From positions 14,942,001 through 15,006,000 of the forward strand of contig NC_083281.1 of the NCBI RefSeq assembly GCF_963506605.1: 64,000 bases of DNA, read 5' to 3'. Both the position numbers and the translations under genes were made by a program. The first letter of the stretch is position 1. The number at the start of each line of letters is the position of its first letter. This DNA comes from Zootoca vivipara. Lineage: Eukaryota. Positions 49,364 through 61,774 of this stretch are shown here, piece after piece. Below the pieces are notes generated by a model. That model was given only the letters and a program-made list of their open reading frames with translations, made no database searches and was not told the origin of the DNA.

Positions 49364-52300
49364 GCAACTCCCAGCGAATGGCATTCAGAGGCAGGTTCTT
49401 TCCCTGGTCCTGAAGGTCATTTGCATTAGCCATCGTAACTAGTAGCCATGGGAATGGCTTTAGCATCCAATTTCCCCCTGAACCACAACCCTGTAGAGCA
49501 GTGGTTCCAGATTAGCTAGGCACTGTGGACCGCCTGTTGTTCAAAAGCCAAGCCATGGACCCCCTTACTTTTGGAAATGTTGGCATCTCTATGGTAGGTT
49601 TTGCTATGTGAATGGTGTCACAGATGCCCTGGCGTCTGCAGACCATCAACTGGGAGCCACTCCTGTAGAGCAAAACTTTTGATACTAGCTGCAGGTGGCG
49701 ACTATTTTAGGCACGTCCAATAGATGCACCATCGCCAAAGCATCCTTTTGGACCTGGAAGAGGGCAGAATGGGGGCCAGGGACAGACACCCCCACCCCAT
49801 GCGAAATGGTCACTGTCTGTACTAGGAGTTCTGTACTGTACATTATAGCCCCATCCTAGGACCCAGCTACTACGCAGCACAAATGTTCTTCACAAAAAAT
49901 CCAAGGGGGCACTGGTGGCAGCTCTTCTCTCTGAACCTCAAAGGGATAATGCTGAAACTGAAGTCTGCTTCCCCAACAAACTGGCAACCCATCAAACGCA
50001 GGCAGTAGGATGCAGCCTATGTGGCCTGTGGCTAACCTGCCCCTGTCCCTAAAACATCCAAGTATCTTAAAAGGCCAGCATATCCCTGGTTCTCACAGCT
50101 GAGAAATCAAAACGTGGGAAACAGGGCTGCCAAGAGCTACAAAAAGGACTTTTAAACCAGAATGCAAAAGGCCCAATTCAAAATGAGGTTTCAGGGCTCA
50201 GGAGGATGCTTGGCACTATTTCAAGCATGAGGAGGCCAGCAACACTACAGCTCTTGATCACAGCAACAGGTGGGACTTGAGAGGAAGAGTCAGGTCTGTA
50301 TCGGCACACTTCTAGCTGACCAAAATTGTGCTAAAGCAGTGAAGGTGAAAGGCTCATTAGGAAGAAAGAACACTGGCCTTGGAAGGGAGAATCTCCGAAG
50401 CCTTGATGACTCTCCCTGCTTTACTATCCGTAATTTGGCTAGCTTTAGTTTTCACATATTGCTCAGCCAGAAAGGAGCCCCCACAAAAACATAGTAATAA
50501 GGTTCACCCTGAATTAGGTCTTGTCCACACTCTTGTTTGACCTGAGTTTTGACTGTCGTGGATTGATTCATTTCCCTGGGTCTGAGAGTTTTTCTTGTTG
50601 TTCTGTAGCTGTGCCTTGCAAAAATCTGATCTGAACTGGATATTATCAGACCCATGGAAAATCCGGAAAAAGCGATTCTGCTTAGCCAAGCTTCAATTCA
50701 CCAGGTAAGACTGAACTTTCGCAAGGCACGACAAGAAAAGCTCTTGGACCCGGAGGAATTAATCAGTACACAATATGATCAAAATATGGTTCAAGCAAAA
50801 GTGTGGACAAGCCTTTATTTGTTCACATACCCTTTCCAGGTGATTTCCAGAGTGGCTGGGGCAATCCAATCAGGTGGGCAACATGCAAATAATAAAATTA
50901 TCACTATTAAATTATTACCTACCTACGTGTGCTTTAGGAATCAAAGTCTGTTTTTTAAATAAAGTATTTATATACCACTTTATCATGTAAAGAAAAATAT
51001 CAAAGCGGTTTACAGCAATAATACATAAAACATATAATAAATTTAAACAATTAGCCATTGTGCAAATTCATAAAGAACTCTGGGGTATCCTCCTCACAGT
51101 TACCAGTGCCCTGGTAAATGAAAAGCTTTGCCCGAGCCTAGTCCAATACTGATATACACACACAAGCCAATTACTCTCTATGGTAGCGCATGCAAGCAAA
51201 CGGCTTCACAGCTGAAGCGTGCAGAGGAAGTACAAGTGAATGGAAAGCCCAGAAGATAAACAAGCTTGCCAATCCCAGCCTGTCATGTAATGAAGCCTGC
51301 AAAGCAGCTCATGGAATGACAAACTGGATGATGACCCTCAGCACCCACGTTGTCTCATGCACTCAACCCAATTTCCAACCCCCTTGCAAAACTCCCAGAA
51401 GTTAAAAACCCAACTAATTGTGAAGTGCAAAGTTTGCACTAGTTGGGTCTTCTTGCAAGCCAGGTAAGAGACACACCCACCTTAAAACAGGGACCAGAAC
51501 AAGTTTCCAATAGACAGTTCAGAATAAGACTTATGGGTCATTTTATAATCTAAGGACACTCAACAGTGGCGCATCACAAAATGTATTTTGAGTCAGATAA
51601 GCTTTCCCCCAAATAAAGTCTTTTGACCAGGCCCTTACATATCCACAGCACACAATTTGGGACCACATTACTAGTGTTATAGAGCATTACAGTAACAGAT
51701 GACCTCTCCTTCCAAGATTCTTAATCTGCTTTTGCTCTCTGGTTGCAGTTTCTAGGCAGGCAGAAGAATGGCAGAATCTCAGCCTTCTTATCTCTTGTCC
51801 TGACAAATCTGGTTACAGAGTGTTAAATGCAAGACAGGAAGCCTGAGGGGAAAAAAGGATGGAACCACAAGCTTCAACCAACCAATAAGTCAAGAAACGT
51901 TCGACAATAGGGTTGCCAGTTTATATCATGCTTAGTGTTAATAGTTTGTACTGTCACCAGTGACTCCCACAATTGCAGACAAGGCTCCTCCAAAGGTTTA
52001 CTTGTGTGTGAAAGAAGCATGCCTACAATTTTCAATCAAGAAAAAAAAGTGCACCCATCACCAAAAGTTTGGGAAACACTGGCCTGGTCATACCAGTTAT
52101 TAAAGTTCCCTCTTTGCAACATTAACTTGAAGACCCAAAGATAAATGTTCAAAAAACCACAATTACAGTACAGTTAAAAGAGAAAGAGACTTTCTTCCAT
52201 ACACAAACCCTTTCCGCCAGTGATCCCAAGGTATACAAAGAGAACAGCAAGATGTTTTGGAGAGAAGTTAAATGATTATTTCAGGAGTCAGTATTTCACA

Positions 52301-54368
52301 CCTCAGGTATTGCCATCAGTTTATCTCCTTCAGGCAGGGCAAAACAGCTTTCCACTTCTATACAGAGAGACCAGTATTGTAGTTTATTGATTTAGCAACA
52401 CAAATAGAAAGCTCTCCTAGAAACCATTCAGAACAAATGGCTGAAAAGAAAGATGGGAGGAAGCCCCAGTACGCTGAGCCTTATAATTCAGAAAGTACAA
52501 GATTCAAACAGAAAGTGCACCAGAAAATTACACCACGCCCACCAGGGCCATGTGACCAGGCCTGCCAAATACCACCCCCAATGTGTTCAATTCTTGCAGA
52601 GAGATGCTCAAGTTCTGCACCAACAGCACACGCTGTCCCCTCTGAGGAGTTGAAGGGTCACCATCCAGCCTAAGTCAGAGCATCCATTTATCTAAATGCC
52701 CAGAGGAAAACCGGAATTACTATACTCCTCTTTCCAACCACCTTACAGGTGTCATAAAAGCAACCAATGAGTTTTCATCTATTGAAGGGGGGGGGGAGAA
52801 CACAAGCTTTTTGACTGGGATAATCAGGAAGCAGTCTGAACATACATTTTGCTTCAACTGTCTAAACCTGTGCAGAGGCATAAGAATATTCTGGCTCTCT
52901 TGGAAAAGCCTTCCAAAACTCTCAGGAAACAAACCTACCTGGGAAGAAATTTCCCAATAAGACCCTTAGGTGAACAATGGGCACAGCTGCTTCATTATGA
53001 TGTGCCCATTTGGTCTAAGGAGTGGCAAGGAGAGGAGAAAATGATAAAAGGCACTTTTAAGATCCTTCCAATTTGTGTTCCAGATAAGGGAAGACAAGGG
53101 AAGCTGCTTCTGGAGGTGGGGAGGAGGCTTGCTGAATGTGGAAAGTTTCTGGACCAGGAGAGAGGTAAAGCACTAGATAAGCGTATCATTGGCTGGATAA
53201 CTGGATTAATAGTTGATGCCCAAACCAAGCAAGGGAGCCTTAAATGTTACTTACTGTAGAAAGAAGTGCAAGGGGCTAATAATGATTATCAGCACAACTC
53301 CTGGGCTTTGGGGAGAAAAAAGTGTGTGAGGAAAAAGCCTATATTTAAAGAAGGGAATGTTGACTTCTGGTCAAAAGGTGTAACTGAAGATGGAATGGGG
53401 TGCGGGGGAAAGGATGGATGATCTAGATTAGGAAGGAAGGAGGGTATTCAGTCTCACCTAAAACAAAACACCCAGTATTGGGGCCGGGTCGGAGCTAAGA
53501 ATGGATACCACAAATTGAGATCAAGAGAGATGGAAACGACAGCCAGCCAGCCGTTGGGAGATGCTCTAGCACTAGATTTTAAGCACTGAGTGAGGAGCAG
53601 GGCTAGAACCCGTCAAGGTCCTCCCTCCAATTTCTATGACTCCAGAACTCATCTTAGGGATTGGAGGTGGAGGAGTCCTAAGAGATGGAATACAAACAAT
53701 GGAGGAGAAAGCACAAGAACACGGCTAGATCAGAGCAAAGACACACCTAGCCCAGCATCCCTCAGGAAGCAGGGCCTGAAAGCAACATCACCATCACCAG
53801 CCCAACACTGCCAATCTCCAGGATCTGGTCTGTTGAAATGCACTGAACCCTGAGCACAGGAGGTTCCCCTTACCCATCATGGGACTCTTAATTTTGAGGC
53901 CATGGGTTTGAGCCTCACATTGGGCAACAGATTCCTGCATTGTTGGGGTTGTACAAGATGACCCTCATGGTCCCTTTCCAACTCAACAATTCTATGATCC
54001 CCACCTCCACCCAGATATGATCAACCCTCCCTTAAAACCAGCTTTAAAATGGGGGCGGGTGAGAGAAGAGTATTAAATATATTAAATTTGGGAAGGGGTG
54101 AGCATGAATTTGATGAAAAGGAGCTGGAATGTGAGGAATGGGTGAGAGGCATGGAGGGAGAACAGAGGCTCAGGCCCCCCAAAGTGTGTATATATCATCA
54201 AATACATACATATCTCTATGCTGGGGGTGGCGAAGAGAAGAGGCTTCAACATCTTAATTTGGGAAAGGGGTGGGTGGGGTTGATGGGAGGGCAAGTGGGG
54301 AGGAGGGAAAACGGGCTCAGTACCCCCACCCCCGCCAAATTTTAACATGAATACCTCTATATGTGGGG

Positions 54369-54459
54369 CATAGCTGTCAAGTTCTCCCTTTTTTAAAAGG
54401 GAAATTCTCTTATGCTGAATAGGCTTCCTCGCAAGAAAAGGGAAAACTTGACAGCTATG
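54369..54459. mobile_element. 91-bp hAT-type MITE
   Basis: TIR CATAGCTGTCAAG; TSD ATGTGGGG. Confidence 0.85.
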
Positions 54460-54649
54460 ATGTGGGGGCAAAGGGGAAGAGGATTTATACCTTAAATTGG
54501 GAAAGGGGTGGGTGGGGGTGATGAGGAGCATGGGCTGGAGTGTGAGGAGGGGGAGGAAGGGAGGCCCCCCTAAAGTGTGTCTATTTCTATATCACCAACT
54601 ACATCCACATCTTTATACTGGTGGGGTGGGGGGGGAGGCTCAAAGGGGT

Positions 54650-55520
54650 GGTGGCGGCGGCTTGGGATGGGGCGTGTCCGCTGCCCAGCCCCTCCCACTA
54701 GGGGCGGGGCCTCCTTCGCCTACTGAGGACCACTGGGGAGGGGGAGGGGCCCGCAAGGCGGGGAGGGGGAGGGGGCGAGGGTGGGGGCAGTGGGGGGAGG
54801 GCAAGGGGCCCGCGACTCCCCCTCAGGGCCCGCTCTCCCTCCGTCGTCCTCCCCACCGCTCCCCTGCGCCTCACTCACCGTCGCTGCGGCCCACTGCGGC
54901 CCCTCCAGGGAAAGGCAGAGGGAGGCAGGCAGGCAGGGCCGGCGCAAACACACGCACACACGCACAGCGCCAGATACCACACACTCCAGAGGGCGGCGCG
55001 CGACGTCACAACGCACGGCGACGTCAGCACGCGCGCGCACGCCGGACCCGCCCTCCGTCCCCGTCCCTCTTCCCCGCTCCAGTCCGCGGCGCCGTCGCCC
55101 CGCTACGTCACCTCCTCCCCACCTCCCTCGCCTCTCCATTGGCTAGGACTGCCGCGCGTCAAGCGCCAACGGACAGCTGCCCGAGCCAGTGAGCGGCTTC
55201 CTCTGAGAGGGTCGGGTGGGGAGCATGAACTTCCACCTCCCCCAATAGGAGAGCGGAGCTTTCCAACCCTTTAATCCGAGGGAGAGAGAGATCAGCCCTA
55301 CCCCTCGCTTTTTCGCCGCCAGTGAGCGGCGGGGGAAGGCGGGCTTTGAGCTCCCGAGCCGCCAATGAGCTGGCGAGAGGCGGGAAGGGGTGGTGGGGTG
55401 GGGACGGAGGCGTGGCCTCCGAGGTAACGCTCCAGGTGCCCTCAGATCCAGGGCCCCGCCCCCTCCGCTTACTTTTCCCGCCCAAAGCGTCTCCTCACGC
55501 AACGACATTCCCTCGCTTTC
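54650..55520 (-). promoter_or_regulatory. SAMD4B CpG-island promoter and non-coding exon 1 (donor at 54879/54878)
   Basis: CpG island; minus-strand donor CG|GTGAGT; CRE-like ACGTCA motifs (~55001, ~55020, ~55105); CCAAT boxes (~55138, ~55242, ~55362); GC boxes. Confidence 0.75.
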
Positions 55521-55996
55521 AATTCTCCAAGGGATTTAAACCGCCCCTCACAATATGTATATACTCGGTCCGATAAAAACACACATTTTAGGCCCATGTT
55601 CCGATCAATAGTGTATCAAGCACTACGTGCCCGTGCGTGTGTTCAATTTATATATTGAAAAAATAAATAATAGTTGGGTTCTGAGAGACCCAAGTGTTAA
55701 CCTGACATAAATTTATTCTTTCTTTTTCTTCTCCTGAAAATAAAGAAGAAACTGGTCATTGCCCTTGAAGGAATTAAAACCTGTTCACACATCCAGTCAC
55801 AACCAGAAATGGGAAAACTTAAATTCTCTTCGAGGGCGCTGACAGCATAGTTTGTAAAGGAATACAAGTTTATATGTATTGCATAAAACAGGATAAAATG
55901 CATTTTGCCGTTAAAATAATGACTAAAAACGAGGCATTCTGACAGAAGAGTTCGCTCCCTTGAAGAATTGTACCTTCCCCTCACAAACTTCATCAT

Positions 55997-56126
55997 ATCT
56001 GATGAAGTGTGCATGCACACGAAAGCTCATACCAAAATAAAAACTTAGTTGGTCTTTAAGGTGCTACTGAAGGAATTTTTTTATTTTGTTTCGACTCAGA
56101 CCAACACGGCTACCTACCTGTAACTA
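55997..56126 (+). mobile_element. Penelope-like element pseudo-LTR fragment containing a minimal hammerhead ribozyme
   Basis: 12-bp TSD AAACTTCATCAT (55985-55996 / 56127-56138); CTGATGA-A-GTGTGCATGCACAC-GAAA-GC-TC core at 55999-56028. Confidence 0.75.
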
Positions 56127-56629
56127 AAACTTCATCATCGTTTGGCAAACGGCCTTAACTGGAAAAATCACCACTAAAAAAATGTCTCACAGGACAAAAA
56201 AAAAACCCCCAACAATAACGAAGGAAAACATAATTTCCATGAAATCGGGCATGGTTTTATTGTATATACAAAGGATGAAGCACATGGAAGTGAATTACGC
56301 CCCCCCCCCCCCAGTTTATGGCACAGTTTGGTGTGTATAGACCAGAAAGGTTTTTATTTCATTTTGATTCCCACAGTCCATTTCCTGTAACACAGAAAGT
56401 AAACAATACAATAAGGCAAAACACGTCAACGTTAATGGAAAAGTCTGTTACGGCTTGAAAATAGATTTTATTTACAGTATTTATTTTTTAGATGAGCTCT
56501 TAGATCCTAATAACTTTCATTTACTTCAGCTCCTGATACGCCTCTCCTTTTCCCTTTCCCGTGTTTGTTAATATTTTGAAATGCAATAAAAACACAATCT
56601 GAAATAAAATAAAAGGAAAGGGGGGGGAA

Positions 56630-57002
56630 ATAGGAGAGCAACAAAGATTATTAAGGGTCTGGAAAACAAGCCTTATGAGGAACGGTTGAAGGAGCTGGGT
56701 ATGTTTAGCCTGGGAAAGAGAAGACTCAGAGCAGATATTATAGCCATCTTCAAATATCTGTCAAAGAGCTGTCACATGGAAGAGGGAACAAGCTTGTTTT
56801 CTCCTGCTCTGGAGGGTAGGACTCGAACCAATGGCTTCAGATTGACAGTGGAATGGTCTCCAGCGGAAAGTTGTGGACTCTCCTTCCTTGGAGGTTTCTA
56901 AGCAGAGGTTGGATCTATCATGGATGCTTTAGCTGAGATGCCTGCATTGCAGGCTGTTAGACTAGATGACTCTTTGTGCACCTTCCAATTCTACGATTCT
57001 AT
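56630..57002 (+). mobile_element. CR1 LINE 3' fragment
   Basis: [24 protein letters not shown]... and a CR1 tail ending attctacgattct. Confidence 0.85.
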
Positions 57003-57164
57003 TTCAGGTGGCATGCACCGGTAGATTAATCAAGATTTGTGTGTCTCTCTTATTCAAGAAGTAGTCACTCCATCACAGTTTGAGAACTGTAGGTGAAGGT
57101 GAAATGTGTTGTTTGCAACCATCACTTTTCAGGAATCTCAGTGCCAGTTACTTGGAGAGAAGTC

Positions 57165-57685
57165 ATCATAGAATCATAGAGTTGGAAGAGACCACAAGGG
57201 CCATCCAGTCCCATCCCCTGACAAGCAGGAAACACCATCAAAGCATTCCTGACAGATGGCTGTCAAGCCTCCACTTAAAGCCCTCCAAAGAAGGAGACTC
57301 CACCACACTCCTTGGCAGCAAATTCCACTGCCGAACAGCTCCTACTGTCAGGGAGTTCTTCCTAATGTTTAGGTGGAATCTTCTTTCTTGCAGCTTGAAT
57401 CCATTGCTCCATGTCCGCTTCTCTGGAGCAGCAGAAAACAACCTTTCTCCCTCCTCCATATGGCATCCTCTAATATATTTGAACATGGCTATCATATCAC
57501 CCCATAACCTTCTCTTCTCCAGGCTAAACATACCCAGCTCCCTAAGCCGTTCCTCATAAGGCATTGTTTCCAGGCCTTTGACCATTTTGGTTGCCCTCCT
57601 CTGGACACGTTCCAGCTTGTCAGTATCCTTCTTGAACTGTCGTGCCCAGAACTGGACACAGTACTCCAGGTGAGGTCTGACCATA
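57165..57685 (-). mobile_element. CR1 LINE 3' fragment
   Basis: VRPHLEYCVQFW..QFKKDTDKLERVQRRATKMVKGLE..RFHLNIRKN; (attctatg)n tail. Confidence 0.92.
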
Positions 57686-57874
57686 CCTATGTACAATTGG
57701 GTGTTGGTACCAAAGCTAGATCACTCAGTCTCATTTGGATATTATTAGACTGGTAACTGAATCCCCCTGTTCACGCTTACTTTCTGCTTGTGTCTGTCCT
57801 TCTATTGAAAGGCTGAGCCTGCTTTGAGTCTGATCCTGAACCCTCTAGGATTGGTGCCATCTTTCTTGTACTCT

Positions 57875-58160
57875 GCCTGTGGCTTCCCCTTTTGTAACTG
57901 CGAATGGAAACCTTTTACTTCTCTCTGGACTCCTCCCTACCACCAGCAATGACTTCCGCCCCAGCAGAACTTCCCTTTGCAGCTGTCAAGAGTGTGTGCC
58001 CGGCGGTGTTTCGCAAGTGCTGATGTTGAGCAGAGTGTTTCCTAACTAAAGCAAGAGCACAGAGATCTGCACATCCTGTCAGAAGGGTGAGCGGCTGAAC
58101 CCGGAGCTGCAGCGTTTCAGCTGACACGGAGATAAGGCTGGAGAGACCTAAGACAGAATG
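57875..58160 (+). promoter_or_regulatory. GMFG: putative GMFG promoter and exon 1 ending in ATG (58158-58160)
   Basis: CpG-poor, with PU.1/ETS-like sites (gcttcccctttt 57882-57893, gacttccg 57951-57958, aacttccc ~57968), GATAAG at 58131 and agaATG|gttagc. GMF genes have an ATG-only first coding exon, and exon 2 begins in phase 0. Confidence 0.55.
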
Positions 58161-59609
58161 GTTAGCTGAATGGTCGGAAACAGTGGGTAGTGGGTGGTGT
58201 AGATTTTGTGGGTAGATTTTGCGCCATACTTGTGTTGAACTACTTTGAAAGTTTACTTGTAAAAAAATCTGACCTCTTTCCTTGCCACTCAGCCCTTCCT
58301 CCTTGTTATTATGCAAATAAGATGTCCAAAATCTAGTGTTTCTAGCCTTGTCTTGATCCAAAATGCTGCCTCTGTCCTTGAAGCTTTGGCAGAGGGAGTT
58401 GTTGTGGCTTGGCCCAAGTTGGAAGCCACATCTTGACAGTTGGCAGACATGAGCTTCCTGTGTGGTGTGTGCAAGCCTGAGTGGCAGATTAACCTTTCAA
58501 AATGAAGGGGCGTTTGATATAAGAATGAATGCACATAAAACAACAGCAAAAAATATAGATTGTGGATTATGAGAAAAGGTGTTGAGCCTTGTAAGACCCC
58601 TTTAGCAATGGGAAGAGCTGCCGAAGGGTGAGACCCTCTCTCAAAGTGCTTGTGAAGAGTTGGGACAAGTTTCTGTTTGGGATAGTTTTCTGTCATAAGA
58701 GACCCTGTTTGTGAAGAAGTGAGCTGAGATATGGGTGGACAGGTTGCAGGGCCTTGCAGAGAGCTTTGGCTTGGAGAGCATCCTGAAGCTCTTAATAGAG
58801 AGGCCCAGAGGTTTCTCCACTGTGGCACCAAACTGTGTTTTGCAAGTGCTGTTAAGCAAGTGTTTTTCAGGGGAAGCTGAGTAATCCAAACAAACCAACA
58901 CAGAATAAGTATGGGAAGAAAATATGAATCCCTATGACACAAATGTGGGGGGGTAAATAACAAAAGCATCAGCTGGGTGCCTCTCTCCAGCATACAGAGC
59001 CCTCAGTAGCAAAGCTTAAAATCACACAGTTAAGCAGCACTGTGAAGTGTTAAGACTGTAGGCTGTTAAACTTTCTGCATAAGTCATTTAATCCGTTTGC
59101 AAAGTGCTTCCCACTTTCTGCCTCTCTTGCAATGAACAGACCACACTGTTAAGTACAGTACTGTAAGTTTAAAATGCTTTACTAAAAAAACATTACAAAG
59201 ATCAGATTCATGCATTTATCTAAGCAGCAGCAGGAAAGACACAGGCAGAATACTCTTGGGTAGAAAATACAGAAAGATAGCTTCAGACACATGCTCTAAG
59301 CTTGGAGCTTGCTTATGTACGTCTTCCTTGCTCGTGCAGAGAGGGTGAGAAATGACCAGGAAGAGAAGGCTTCACTTCCTTTCTCATCAGAGAAGAGGGG
59401 GCATGACCTGAGTCTAGGAAATGCAGCTCTATTGCCTTAACCCCTTCATGCACTAACTAGCACTCATGCATAGTTAAGTTTGATTGCAATTTCCCACAAT
59501 TAGTTCTAGAGGAGATGAGACTATTCCATGGTCTTCAGGGCAATGAAATAACAAGGAGAATGGCCTGCTTGATTGGAGGAAAAAATCCACATTGCTTTTC
59601 CCATTGCAG

Positions 59610-59706
59610 TCAGATTCTCTGGTTGTGTGTGACGTGGACCCAGAGCTGAAGGAGAAACTGAAGAAGTTCCGGTTCCGGAAGGAGACTAACAATGCAGCCA
59701 TAATGA
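59610..59706 (+). CDS. GMFG: Glia maturation factor gamma, exon 2
   Basis: [32 protein letters not shown]; gcag/gtgagt; synteny with SAMD4B indicates gamma. Confidence 0.92.
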
Positions 59707-60950
59707 GTGAGTTTACTATCCTGTATGTCACCTCCCTATTTTTTCCTAAGATTGGGGGCTATGGTATTGTGGCACACCTGCCATAGGAACATATAGGAAG
59801 CTGGAATCAGACCACCTAGCATAGTCAACTAGTTGACAGCTGTCTAAACTGAGTGACAACGGCTCTTCTGGCTTTCTGGCAGTGTTTTCTTCCAGCACTA
59901 CTTGGAAATGCGATTGGCGGACTATAATTACTCCTAAGTAAATAAATGAATAAAAATTGGGATCTTCTGCATACACAGCAGAGGCTATACTACTGAGCTA
60001 CAGCTCTTCCCCATTCAGTTCAAAACAGATGGGTTGCCCAACATCTCACAAGTGATGACGGCAGTCTCCTAAGCAGGCATCATAAATAGCTTACTACAAG
60101 GTGTACCTAAATACTGATGCATTTCAAACCTTTGTGCTTCATCAGAGAATGCTTTAAAAAAAGAAAATAGAAATGAACGCAGTTCTCTGACAATGTGGTG
60201 TTTGTATTTTCTAACCTGAGAAGCCTGAGGCATACCAGCTTGAAATGTGTTGAGGATCGGGGCACCTTGTATTAAAGCAGCTTTGATGCTGATTTAACTT
60301 CTGTTGGAACCTGATCGGCAACTCTTAACTGCAGTTAATCCGGTGTCACTCTGATAAACGTGAATGGGGTGTGAATAGAGCTGTTGACTGTAGTCCTTCT
60401 GCACACCATTAGGCCACTGACTTAAGGGCCATTTCAGTCTCACCAGCAGTTATCTGGCTCACAACTCCCCCCCCCCCCCGCCCTGCAATGGGGAGCTGGG
60501 TAATTTGTGAAGGCGAGGGAGCTTGGGCTTGGCTTTGACGTATTTATTTATTTAGTGCTCTTGTATAATGCTTTAAATCACCAAGTGACCTCAAAGCAGT
60601 TTCCATACCAACAAATAAAACAAAATCATTAAAAATTAACGGGACACAATTAAAATATCAATAACGAAACCACAAAAGATCAGTGCTATAATGCATAACA
60701 GACTCAAGGCACAAAACAGTCTAACCTATGGCCTCTGGAAGCTGGAGAAAAACAAACAACTTTTCACTAAGCAGCAGCAAAAACCCATCAGTATCATGGG
60801 AACATAGGGATATAGGACACTGCCTTATACCGAGTCAGGCCATTGGACAGATTTCAGGACAGATGAGAGAAAGTCCTTCTTCCTTCATGCAGTATATAGT
60901 TAAACGGTGCAACTCCCTCCCACAGGAGGCGCTGATGGCCACCAATCTAA

Positions 60951-61333
60951 AAAGGTAAAGGTAAAGGACCCCTGACAGTTATGTCCAGTTGCAGACGACT
61001 CTAGGGTTGCAGCGCTCATCTCGCTTTACAGGCCGAGGGAGCCGGTGTTTGTCCGCAGTTTTTCTGGGTCATGTGGCCAGCATGACTAAGCCACTTCTGG
61101 TGCAACGGAACACCGAAACCAGAGCAGCGCACAGAAACGCCGTTTACCTTCCCACCGGAGCGGTACCTATTTATCTACTTGCACTTTGGGGCATGCTTTT
61201 GAACTGCTAGGTTGGCAGGAGCTGGGACCGAGCAACGGGAGCTCACCCCATCACAGGGATTCGAACCACTGACCTTCTGATCGGCAAGCCCAAGAGGCTC
61301 AGTGGTTTAGACCACAGGGCCACCCGCATCCCT
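60951..61333 (-). mobile_element. Sauria SINE
   Basis: Full reverse copy; flanking CCAATCTAA duplication. Confidence 0.85.
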
Positions 61334-61724
61334 GGCCTCCAATCTAATGACTCAAAAGAGGATTGGACAAATTTATGGAGGAGAATGCTGTATGTGGCTA
61401 TTATCCAAGATGGTTGTGCTCTGCCTCCAGCTGCAGGCAGCAATGCTCCTGAATCCCTCAATTCCTGGAAACCACAGGAGGGGAGGGGAGAGGGCTCTCA
61501 AATCCTGCTTGTGGGTTTTCCATAATGTGAATCTGGCTTGGCCAGTGTGACTAGATGGGTCCTTGGCCTGATCCAGCAGGCTTCTCTTATGTCCATCTAG
61601 CTCAGTATTTTCTACAGTGACTGGCAGTGGTTCTCCAGGGAACTTCTGCATGCAAAGCAGATCTTTCTACCGTAAGAATGGAGGTGAAATTCTGTTACTA
61701 GGTTTTTGTCTCCTCTCTCCTCAG

Positions 61725-61774
61725 TGAAGGTTGACAAAGAAAGGCAACTGGTGGTGCTGGAGGAAGAATTTCAG
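61725..61774 (+). CDS. GMFG: Glia maturation factor gamma, exon 3 (gene continues beyond the window)
   Basis: (M)KVDKERQLVVLEEEFQ; tcag/gtatgt. Confidence 0.92.

Noticed and set aside
54497-55508. ORFs of 100-230 aa in the SAMD4B promoter
   Set aside because: CpG-island artefacts with no homology.
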